A stretch of 56,590 bases of DNA, counting the filler, from Sphacelaria rigidula (Eukaryota), in NCBI GenBank assembly GCA_964200075.2. It is 4 parts of 4 records of this genome, joined end to end, with 100 filler letters (N's around TTAATTAATTAA, not from the genome) between each part and the next. Parts side by side here need not be neighbours in the genome. Positions count along the whole stretch, not along the records: positions 1 to 14,076 come from CAXNAA020002472.1; positions 14,177 to 28,252 come from CAXNAA020002473.1; 2 more parts are not named here. One strand, given 5' to 3'. The translations under genes and the position numbers were made by a program. Below are positions 13,700-25,114 of this stretch, one piece after another. The notes under the pieces are model-generated. The model made no database searches and was not told the origin of the DNA. It worked only from the letters and a program-made list of their open reading frames with translations. How positions within the stretch are numbered: the first letter of the stretch is position 1; every line of letters begins with the position of its first letter.

Positions 13700-14020
13700 A
13701 ACCTCGGAGCCAAGCGAATCTGAAAAGTGGGCTAGGCTCCTCTCTGCGGGGTGATGAAAAGTGTCCAAGACGTGTGTTCGCGATATTCCCTGTTAAGGGA
13801 TCAAAAAGGTGGTCAAATGTCCTCAAGTTGAACAATCCGTGGGCCAAAAATATGTTTGCCATAACATCCGGCCTAAGACACGCCCTTATAGACTGTATAC
13901 ACACACATATATATCCTACAGTATTCAAAACGGCTCCCATCAGGTGAGGGGAGGAGCTTTCGTTGGCTTCCTTGGGATGTCATCAACACTCGTTCCGTTT
14001 TTTTTCGGACGTCTCTCCAA

Positions 14021-14076
14021 ACAGCCAATCATCTATGTTGAGGATGGTGCTTTTGATTGAGGATGAGAACCCGGAG
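14021..14076 (+). repeat. High-copy repeat end at contig break (copy 1)
   Basis: ACAGCCAATCATCTATGTTGAGGATGGTGCTTTTGATTGAGGATGAGAACCCGGAG; near-identical to 28200-28252 and to the reverse complement of 28365-28420. Confidence 0.9.
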
Positions 14077-14176
14077 NNNNNNNNNNNNNNNNNNNNNNNN
14101 NNNNNNNNNNNNNNNNNNNNTTAATTAATTAANNNNNNNNNNNNNNNNNNNNNNNNNNNNNNNNNNNNNNNNNNNN
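14077..14176. other. Artificial contig spacer (44 N + TTAATTAATTAA + 44 N)
   Basis: TTAATTAATTAA places a stop codon in all six frames. The identical spacer recurs at 28253 and 42424. Confidence 0.97.
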
Positions 14177-14203
14177 GGTGTGTGGGGGGGGGGGGGTGGG
14201 GGT

Positions 14204-14238
<35 letters not shown>

Positions 14239-17200
14239 GTACTCATGATTTCGTGTCAACACCACAACAAGTCAATGACGACGAGACGAGCCCTATGGGT
14301 CGTCCCATTTCCTATCCATCTACATACTATAGCTGGCAGGCCAAAAAGTTCAGCCGGAGATTACAGAACGTATAAAAACGTTGATGCCGATGAATCCGCT
14401 TTTCACTGCTGAATCCCACCACTTACTATAATATTGTATAGCGGCGGGCCGGTTGCTCGCATTTCTTTAGAATTGGGTACATTTGCGAGTCATTCTACGA
14501 TGCGCGCGGGCGGGGGTTATCTTAATTGCACGAAAAAAGAGGCTCGAAGGGGTGCCAGACGACCTGCCACATTCACGGTGTGCGTGTACTTGATTCAAAA
14601 CGGTGTCAATCGGTGTGAATGAGCGTTGCTTATCTATATGACAAGCTCATTCGAGCAACCGTTGCTGCTTTCAACGACGATATGGCTTGGAATTCGTGCA
14701 AATAGTGGCCCAAAATACCCCCCCCCCTCCCTGTGTCGTAGGATGTATCTTGTACATACTTGCGTATATTTTAATGATGGCACCCACTTCAATTACGAGC
14801 CTTACTACAGTACAGTAGTACTATAAATGAATCATATAAATAGTGATCGCTGCACTATAAAATCAATGATTTGATACACGTACGCCGTAGTGCAAGCTTG
14901 TATACTGAAGCCTGATCATGACTTCGTGCACCCACGCCTAGCTGCCGTGAACACATGCCCACCATTGCAGGTTCAATGTTGACAAAAAAAATAGTTGTTT
15001 TGAATTTTTAGATCACTGTAAATGCATGAGTATGCCCGGTGCCCTAGGTGGTGCTTGTCCACCCTACTGCAGATTAGACCTGCTGAACCTTTTGCCTACT
15101 GCACCTACACCTAACAACAAGCATGCATCTGCCTGTCATACACGATGCTGCTGCTGATATTGATGAGTTGTTTGCTCCTATCTGTCCTTCTACGCATGTA
15201 TAGTATCTCGCATTGTGTACTGCCACTGTTCTTGCTCGTTGTGTACGGTATTATGCCACAGAAAAGTGTATGCAGTAACTAGACGCAACTGATTTGAGAG
15301 TGCAAACGGCAAGACCTGACTGTGACTGGCAAGATTTTGTCAACAACATTTCTATACCTGAAAGCCCTTGTGCAACAGTCAGTACATGTATAGTGCAACG
15401 AAGAGGCCATATCACTGTTGTAGCGTTACAAGAGTAGTATGTCCCACCCTGCGCGTGGATCCCAGGTTGTCTCCACTTTGTTCCCACTTTTGACTTGACC
15501 CAGTTAAAAAACAGGTCGCAACAGCTACAAGTAAGGCGAGTACATCTGGACCTCGGGACATAAAAGCGCGCCAGGCATTCTTGAACATATATAGTTTAGA
15601 CAGAGGCGAGGGTGTCATATGTAGGGAGGTATATACATTATTTGTACAACTAAATATATATGGGAACATTCATGTGACGTGAACATACGTGTCTCGGGCT
15701 TGTTCATTTCAGGGGGGATTTGGTATCCAACAACGTACTTTATCATGTGTTTTGTTTGTAATGGGTAGGTCTGAGACCTTTTTGAAAACTTGGAGACTAT
15801 ATCATAGTAGTTGCAGGAGGGTCTGTCTCAGCGCGCTTTTCAGCATGTCATGCGTAGATCTCCAGTGTTATTGAGTAGTCCGGCGCACCGCCTGGCAAGT
15901 TGCAACACTATTTCCAGTTATGGGTTCTAAAGGACAGTGCGAACATAATGGGTGCTGCTTCTGCTACCCGCTGTTACTACTCCAGGCGGACCCAGCTCGG
16001 CGTCCGTCTCTGTCTGTTGTTGTGTCGTCGTCCCGTTGAGTCCGTCTCCGACAAGAAATTCATGACGGCAAGATATCTGGACCTCGACAAAATACATACA
16101 CACTGCTTCTCAGGGGGCCGGGTCCATGCGTTGCACCAGTGGTCCCATCATGTGCAACATCGATCGGCGGGGAGACCTCCAACATTCTTCGGTCAACAAG
16201 CGGGATGCACAAACGGCATAGCTAATTATCGATGTACGAGTGCGCATGATGCTGACTACTGTGCGTACCACCTCATCCTGCATCTACATGTCTCATTGAA
16301 CTCATCACAACGGCTGGATGCAACGGCCTTTCGTTCCCAGCGGCTGCGAGAATATGACGTAAACATGGAGTACAGACAGGTGTATATCGTCGGCACTTTT
16401 TTCCACTTCCCCGTCAAGAAGCAGTAGTTGCGAGTTTCTCCGCACTTTGCACCTGCGGGAATATATGTGCTTGAAGTTTTGCATATTTTGAAAAGTTCGG
16501 ATGCCGTCAGCGCGTTTGGTAGTTTTGAGATGATGCCGGTTGTGTGAGATTCACGGCGGTGGGGGACACACATGCTTGTTTCACTGAACGGTAGGTATTG
16601 TCCGTACACATTCTTTAGAGTAAATCACGTCATCTGCCATCAACATTCGATGAATAAACGAAGACTCAAAACTTCGAGACTTCCATACATATATATTGCA
16701 TAAAGTACGAATTTTGGATGTTGCTAGTGTTGAAATGTTGGTGGGTTGATGGCAGATTGTGTATACAATAAATCGACGTGACGTAGCACGCATCAAGTCT
16801 CGTCCTGGTGATGAACCGTCCGAACTGTCGTCCTTTTTGCGTGACGTAATAGTCTGATCGAGTATTAAGGGAGAAGTGACGACCGAGGTTGATGTTTTAT
16901 GGGCGAACGGACGATCGCGAAGATCTCGGGGCAACAGCTCAGCTGCTTATTATTGCTCTGAATATATACTGTACGCGTGTTCTTCCTGCACGTGATATGT
17001 ATTGTGACACCCCCACCCGCTGTGCTGTTGTTGTGACACCCCCACCAGTTGCCGCATTTGCCTCTCTCGTTCGACGCCACCACAGGGAAAATGCGTATTT
17101 AAGTATCTCTCATTTCGTCTCATTATTGAGCGGTAGGCGGTGCGCGGCGTGCAGTAGAGCATCACGAACCAGGGTACAGACGACAGAATAGAGACAGGAG

Positions 17201-17862
17201 AAACAATCTAGCATGTTTCCCTAAACGACAGAGATTATCTAAGGTTCTTCGCGTGACTTCACGTCATTCATCATGATCGGTGCATGGCGATGTTGCACTA
17301 GCTTTTCCCAATCCTCCTGCTGTTGCAGCATTATAAGTGCAAGATTCAAATTTGGAACATAAACACCAAAGCACAGAAGAAAATGTCATGCATGCGTTTT
17401 CAAAAACAAACTGCATTGTCTCAGTCAACTACCGCGCTCGATTGTCAGAAAGCAAATGTAAGACACAAGCCCACCAAGCCACATTGCCCTCAGCACTCGC
17501 TGTCAATCCAGTCTGTTCATCTTCTTTGTTTTTCTAATCCGAAAATTAAACCTGGCCACAGGCGACCTCTCACGGTTTATCACACGACCTTAATTAAGCC
17601 CCAGATATGTTCCGCGATAGAAAAGACGGTGGGCCGCTGCCGTTTTTATGAAACCGTCTGGGGGGCGATCGGTGCAAAAATACGGAACAGATTTTCAAGT
17701 TTTTTCTATTCCTGTGCGAATTTCGCAAGTTTTCGGACGTTTGCGTGATTCGATTCTTGCTGAGGGTTTTGAGATGAAAAATCTTCAGAAAAGTTTGACC
17801 AGTCACATAAACTGTGTCAAACTCCCCAAAAAGAGTTGTCGATGCAAAACAGAATCTTTATT

Positions 17863-17986
17863 CCGTTGAACAGGTGGGGCTAATGTATGGCTCTTCATTG
17901 ATAACGGGCAAACTGCTGGGTGAAATGGAAGAAAATAACGGTCGTGTATATTTCGATTAGCCTTCCCCTGCCCGCTGGAAACCGTT
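17863..17986. promoter_or_regulatory. Cluster of MYB-binding/MSA-like AACGG motifs upstream of the MYB gene
   Basis: CCGTTG at 17863-17868, TAACGG at 17902-17907, TAACGG at 17936-17941 and CCGTT at 17982-17986, all 190-315 bp upstream of the ATG at 18177; another CCGTT at 17640. Confidence 0.4.
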
Positions 17987-18176
17987 TTCTATAAGGATTA
18001 ATGTTGCCAAAACCAACAATTTGCCTCTATATATTCAAAATCTTGGCAGCAGGACACACCCTCCCAAACACACTTCAGCGAACTACAACTGTCTGTGACA
18101 ACACGCCGGAAGACGCAACCACTTGACACATAATTACTGCAGCACCCCTGCTTTGGATACCAAAAACCAGCCAGCC

Positions 18177-21100
18177 ATGTGGGCTCTTTCCAACTCTGGA
18201 GGTATCCAGGTTATTCATCAGCAGCACATCAGCGACCCCGCGCGTCTCGGTGCGCCGCCGACCACCGCAACCACTTCACGCAGACTTCTCCCGATGGCCA
18301 CAGACACGACTCACGGGGCATGTGGTAGCGCAACAAACAACGTCATGCCTAGGGTTTCGTGTGTTTCCACAACATCGCCATCTTGGCAGCAGCAACAACG
18401 CAGGACTAGCACACGCAAGCAGCTTCAACAATCTGTCGAGGGGAGCAGCCCGCGCACCGCGGTAGCCGACGCAACGAATATGGTATGCAGTAAACGTGCC
18501 GCCTTCGTAGCCACCAGCGTTGACCTTGATAATGAGGCCGCGCGCCAGCAAACCTCCCCAGCGCCGAGCAGCTTGACGTCCGTTTCAACAACACCAGCAC
18601 CAACAGCTGCATCTGTCACAGACACGTCCTCGGCCGGTTTTTCGATCGGTTCGACCAGCACCAGCACCAGCAGCACCCCCAGCGATCGCGCCCTGTTTTC
18701 TCCTGACAACAGCAACAGTGCAACGACTACACCACCATCTATTGCTGCTGGCCGCGGTTGCGAGGACCCCAGAGGATTCGACACCGAAGCCCTTTTGCTT
18801 GAACCCTTGCTTCCGTCCCCGAGATCTCATCACAAGGGCACGAGCTCAAACAAGGTGCATTGTGAAAATCAATTGTCACTGGGGGCGAGCGAAGATTCGT
18901 CGTCAAACAACACCAGTGGCATGAGCTCGTCTTCTCACCACAACTCGAGTGCTGAGTCGGCCGCAGTGAGCGCTGGCTGGCACAACCACGGCGCCGATTC
19001 GACCTGTGCATCATCTGCTTCCTCGGCTGTGTCTACTGGTGGTATGTCGGCAGGCGGAAGCGGCAACGGCGCTGGACTGCTAATTCCTGTTTCTCCAGCG
19101 CTCACGGCAGGGCACCAACGGACCGGGCCATTTACCCCGGTTGGAGAGTCTCGACTACGTTCGCAAGAGGTGGGTGGAAATCTTGGTAGCAGCAGCAGTG
19201 GTAGTCAGCAAAACAGCAGTGGTTGGTATCTCAACCTTCCGCCACATGCTCAAGCGCAGGCTTTCGAAACTCAGAAGCAGCAACAGCAATCTATCGCTGG
19301 TGCTTGCTCCAACACTTCGGCCAACACGGCAGCTGCCGTGGCAGCAGCCGCGGCCAATGTGGCCGCGGCGATTCATCAAGCCAGCATGCCGTTCTCGGCG
19401 ACATCATCGTCGACGTCTTCTCCAGGCCTCTCCCAGCAGCAACACATGTCTGTGAACCGGCCGTCATCGTCAAAATTATCTCCGACTGTGGCATCAACGA
19501 CGTCTGCTCCCGGTGCTCGTCGGTCTCCCTCTGCATGGCAACGTGCTGCACTGGAAACTCATGTTCGCAGCGTGACCGCGGCCGACGCTGTCAGCGGCGG
19601 GATCCCGCGCGGCGGTGGCGGTGATGGCGACAACAGCACCTCCGTTTCCCACAGTCGACCGAGATTTGTCACGAAGGAAGAGTGCCTGCCCGGTGCTCAC
19701 ACGGCGGCTCGCGGTGGCCCCATGCATGCTACGGCCGCGGCCACCAGCATCAACGACAGCAACCCCTCCCCTTGGTCCACTGCGATGAAGCAAGAGGTTA
19801 CCGCCTCCTCCGCCAAGCGCAACTTGCAGGGCGGGCTCAACGAACCCCAGGCATCGTACGCACGCTCTTGCTCCCCCGCCAGCAGTGGCGGCGGCCGCGA
19901 GTTCTCCCTGAGTCCTGGCGGAGGCGGCGGCGACGCCTCCGGCGACGAGGGCTTCAACAGCTGGCAGCCATCATCGAGGGCCAACAGCTTTGGTGAAAAT
20001 GGAACAGGGGTGTCACGCCCTGGCAAGCGGATGTACGCGCAGGTCACGCCTTCGCCACGCGCGGTCGGCGCCGGTGGAGCCATGCATACTATGAGATCGT
20101 CTCCGTCAGGTTTGAGGATTGACGCTGTGGGTATCTCCGCCGACAGCGGCGGTGATAACAAGCGAGCGAAGACCTTTGGCTCCACCCCGGACAGTTCCGC
20201 ATGGGGCAGCAACTTTGACAACGGCAACAAGCACGGCGGATGGGGCAGCGCTGCTGCCATGATGAATACCCATAATCAAAGCTACGCCGCAATCTCCCCC
20301 GAAGAAATGCACAGGGTTTCCCCCGCGCAGGTTCCTGATTCCGTGAACAACACCAACAACCGCCGGCGCCGTTCCGCTCGCAGCGTTGCCGGAGCCGCCT
20401 CCGTCCAGTCGGCAGCCGCGCTGGAAGCTGCATCCGGACCGCTGACAAGCATCAAGCGCGACGGCAGCTCGACGGAGGACGACGAGAGCATCGGAGGGAG
20501 CGGTGACTCTACGCGGGACTGGACCGAAAGGGACTCTGACGAAGAAATGGCGGCGGCGGCCACCGGCGGCGGGGGCGACGGGGGCGACGGCCGCGGGGCA
20601 GTGGCGGGCAAAGCGGCGGCGGCAACCTGCGGCGACGGCAAGGGCTCTATCAAGGCCTCGAACAAGGTGCCCTTCAAGCTCGACCCGAGACTGTGGGTCG
20701 TCGTCGAGCGCCGTGCTATTTGTTCGGCCAAGCAGTGTGCGTACCGAAAGTGAGTATTTTACATAGTTGCGTTTGGGTTTGATCGTCTCACAATAACATG
20801 CACGTCTGCACGTATGCTCTCAGCTTCGTTAGGTCGTACTGGTGTGATTTCCGGGTACGATAGTCAACGCTCGCGGCGTTATCCGAGACCCGGACCGAGC
20901 AGGGAAGTCGTCTTTCGTGTGCATCGCTCGCCTCAACTTCGGGCATTCTCACCACTGTGTTCCTGATGGCATGTATGTGATTCTGAACCTCTCGTGTTTG
21001 TCAACAAAAGTTGAACAATGCAGTGCCTCCGTGACAGTCACTACTGCTGTCACGTCTATCGTGCATCGTGCGCGTTCCTCATCATCCGCATAACACACGT

Positions 21101-21528
21101 GAATTTCTAGTTGCTTCCGACGTTATGCAGTGTGATGTTCTTTCGTTTTCCACGATGAAAACAACTATGCGTCTTGAAATGTCGGTACAGCGAAGGTGTG
21201 AAGAGTCTCCCATGTGCATACCACACACGAAACACGGAATGATGCGCACGTTGTCCTAGGAATTACGGGAAACACAAGTTAACGCGCCCGGAGAAACGGT
21301 CTCAGCCATCAGTACGTACACCATGATTCCATCGGTACTACAACTAACTTTGCCCCCCCCAACCCCACCCCACACACAAATACGATGTGGCTCTGACGAT
21401 CCATGCAATATCACCTTGCTCATAGTGCCTTACATGCCACAACACATCAACTAAATACTAAAGTACCCCCTTCGATACCGCCACTCCCCTCCATTTGTTC
21501 CCCGCCCGACTACGGTTGCGACCGTCGG

Positions 21529-21567
<39 letters not shown>

Positions 21568-24500
21568 TTCGTGAATTTCAACAGCGAGGAAGATCACCGT
21601 GCTCGTCGCCGGCACTACCATGCCCTCTGCAGCCATGTGCACCAAAACGGAGAGCGCAAGGGAATGCGATTCCAACACCATCAGGTGTGCGGTATGCACA
21701 GATGAAATATGTCCTGAAGTTCTCGCTAAATCTTCAATTTTCTTCCTCATATCTGAGTCTACAAAAACTAAAAAATGAAAAGTAGAGTAAGAGGTCTGTG
21801 CATGCAGCCCCGGTACGCACCCCGATGTTGTTTATTTGTACTGCCGTGTCCGATGTCTAGTCTGGTCGTTGTTCGTGCGAAGAAAATCATCATATTTCGA
21901 CCCATTTCGCTCTATTCAACTACTTTGGTGGTGCGGGGCAAATCTTATGGAAAGGGATGAGGAGCAACACGTGACGTCTCCATCGCGAATGTTGAGCGCA
22001 CCATGGATGGCGGCATACGACCGCAAAACAACGTGCACGAGAGGCTGCTTGAAGCTTGCAAACATTGGTTGGTTCTCCACTTCGCAAACGGCTATTTTCC
22101 TTCCCTTTGCTTGCCCTTTTGCGATACTTATCCATGCTCACATATGTTCATCTCTCCTGCTCCTGCTTTGCGCGCCGCACCGAACAGCTGGAGAAGGTAC
22201 AGAAACACCAGAGGGCACACCAAGTGACTGCCAAGCAGGTGTGTGTGTTTGTGTGTGTGTGGTGTTGTCCAACACCGCGGAAAAGAGGGTTGCTAAATTG
22301 TAGGGTGGTTCCTGAGAGTATGTCATGTTTGTCACCAGCTTCTTCCCGGTGAGGATTTCGGTTCCTGTTTCTACATGAGCACGGCAGAAGCTCTCCTTGT
22401 TTTTTCGCGAGCTGTCTTCATCATTTTACTTCTGCTGGCATGTGACCCTCCCGACACTACTCTCCTGTTGCCTCGTTCGTTGTTGTGCATTTCGTTTCAT
22501 TTCCTTCGTCCCCTCCCAGAACTCGCAGCGGTCCAACGTGGTCAAAACCCGCTCTCCCTCTGGGTCACCTGTAGCCCGCTCCAAGCGCTCGTCCACCACA
22601 AATGGCATGCGGGAACAGACACGGGCGATCAAGGACGCTAACGTGAGTAACTACACCGTAAACCGAGTAACATGTTGTCTTGCTTGTCTTGTTTACACAA
22701 ATAGGTTTCACCGCAGTCGCATCACGAAACCATTTTTCATCAAAGTGGTGTCTTGATCTCTTTCTTACAGTGTATCTGTATCCCCAATCAACATGAAAGG
22801 TCAAGAGATCAAATCATGAAGCGACGATTCCGAGTTTCCTCCTTCTTCGCCCCCCTTCCCGCACACACATGAAACGATTTCGATCTTCCCGTAATCTAAC
22901 CCTCGACTTCAATCCATCTGCACCGGCCGCTCGCGCACGTTTTTGTGTACCAGGTGGAAGCGCACAGTCCTAAGGACTGGACGCCAGAGCTTACCAAGAA
23001 ACTTCAGACCCTTGTCGATGAACTGGGTGAGTAGCTTAACACGTGAACCAACCGGAGGATGCAGTGTACAGTCACCTTGTTTTCACGAGTAGCCCCGGGG
23101 CGTGTGTACAGCTAACGCCATAGGTGGGATCAAGATGGGATTATCCAGGGTTGACTTTCAAGTGTACTTGTGACGTGAGCAATATACCCACCTCTCCGCT
23201 CGCCCTTGGGATTTTAATCGAAGTGCCTTTGAATTGAAGTCCACCCGTCCTCTCCCCCGTTCGCTCTCGGGAACAACCCAGGGCCCAAATGGTCGGCCAT
23301 CGCGGAACGACTCCCGGGTAAAACTGCCACCGCGTGCATGCTGCACTGGCGCGTAGGGCTCAACCCCCACCACATGGTCAAGGGCAGCGGTACCTGGACT
23401 GCGGAGGAGGACGAGCGTCTTTCAAAGCTCGTGGAGGTTGTGGGCATGAAGGTGAGGTTTTGTTTCTGCTGCAGTTACTCGTTAATGAATAACGACGAAT
23501 CGGCCTTCGTATATTATGCCGGTTGGACAACTTCACTACAGTGTAGCAATTCGTACGGTGGGAGCGAGCGAACGCGTCTTTGGAAGTCTGGACACTTTTG
23601 GTGAAAATCCAGTGTAACTAACCTCCTACTTCTTCCTGCCGTCGCTTGCTCTGAAAACGTCCTCAGTGGTCCGATCTTGCCCGCCACATCCCGGGCCGCA
23701 TCGCGAAGCAATGCCGTGAGCGATACCTCAACCACCTCGACCCGAGCCTCCGCAAGGACATGCCGTGGACGGAAGACGAAGAGGCCCTCCTCATGCGCCT
23801 ATGCTTCGCGAAGCAGAACCAGGTGAAACTTCCCTCCCTACTTCTTGATTCATCTTTGCTGCTTGGTCCAATGCCCTTGCGCCCTCTTTTTTTTTTTCAG
23901 GTCCGGGGACACACTCCTAATCGACCCTTCCCCCCTCCCCTTGCCTTGCCCCAATCTCTCAGTGGGCGGAAATCTGCCGTCAGTTGCACGGCAGAAGCTA
24001 CAACGATGTGAAGAACCGCTTCAACCTCATCCAGCGCAGAAACAAGCGCGCCAGCCTCAACCCCGCCCCCCCGCAGCTGCAGCCGCAATCCACATCCAGC
24101 GGGGCCAGGACTCCTGCATCATCTTCGTCATCCACGACCACCGCCACCTCCGCTGGCAGCCGAACCCCTCCCATCACGCCGAACACATCCGGCGACATAA
24201 CCCCTACGAGCACCCCGTTTCAGGCCCAACAACAGCAGCAACAGCCGAATAGTGTGTGGGGCATGGCCACGAGCGCTTCTCGCCCCACCGCGCGCCGCAG
24301 CGGCAGCGCCGCGGCGATGGAAAACCGGAGTATCGGTGCCATGGGCTCGCGCGCAGGCATGCGCGGGCCGTCTCCCGTCGGCGGGAACGGAAACACCACC
24401 CCGTTGGCGGTGCAGACCAACAACGCGCCTAACGGTTGGGCGGCGGCGGCGGCGACGGCGGTATCGCAGAGACGTTCCGTCGGCGGCGGCGGATTCCCGA

Positions 24501-25114
24501 GCCAAGGCAATGGCGGCAACGGCATGAACATGACAATGGGCAGCCAAAGCAATTTACAGTCGTTCTCGTCCGGTCGTCCCGCGCCGACTGCTGCTGCGGC
24601 GGCTGCCGTGGCATCCATCAACAACAGCAACAGCAACAACAACAACAACAACAACCCGCAGCAGTCCTTCGCTACCCTCATGGGAGACGAGCTAGGGGAC
24701 TTTGCGCTAGTCGACGCCAATGATCTCGGGGGCCCGGGAACCGGCTTCGCCCCCGGCGGCTACTGGCACCAGGTCGTCAAGGAAGAGAGCCCACAAAGAC
24801 GTGCTCTCGGCGGCGGAGGTGGAGGGGGCGATGTCCCTGACAACATGGACGCTTTCTCGGGGTTGAGTAGAGCCAGCGGAGCCGGAGGCGCTGCCGCTGC
24901 CGCCGCTGCAACCCCCGGAGGGTCGCTTATGTCAATGCCGGCCGCCTCGAATTCAGCGAACAATGGTGGGTCTCCCCTCATGGGTGGATCCATGAGTTTC
25001 ATGGATGGAGACTGTGGATCGGCGGGGCTGGGTGGGGAGGAAGAGGGTGGTGTCAGGTTACCGCCTCCGCCGCCTCTTGGTGTGACCGGGTCATCCTCCA
25101 TGGATACCTTGTGA
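18177..25114 (+). CDS. Three-repeat (R1R2R3) MYB transcription factor, ~1465 aa, with an upstream Cys/His zinc-finger-like module
   Basis: Eight phase-consistent GT-AG exons: 18177-20749, 21585-21684, 22188-22238, 22520-22642, 22954-23026, 23282-23451, 23667-23822, 23963-25114 (4398 nt including stop). Spliced repeats: R1 WTPELTKKLQTLVDELGPKWSAIAERLPGKTATACMLHWRVGLNP; R2 WTAEEDERLSKLVEVVGMKWSDLARHIPGRIAKQCRERYLNHLDP; R3 WTEDEEALLMRLCFAKQNQWAEICRQLHGRSYNDVKNRFN. The start codon is taken as the first in-frame ATG of the 876-aa ORF. Confidence 0.92.
21532..21563. repeat. (TG)16 microsatellite in MYB intron 1, just before the acceptor
   Basis: Read directly from sequence. Confidence 0.95.

Noticed and set aside
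14121-14132. TTAATTAATTAA as a piggyBac TTAA target or regulatory site
   Set aside because: It is embedded in Ns and repeated identically three times; a synthetic six-frame stop linker.
14184-14237. Poly-G run as a functional G-quadruplex or Gly-rich ORF
   Set aside because: It sits at a contig start where homopolymer length is unreliable; G-runs are common throughout this sequence.
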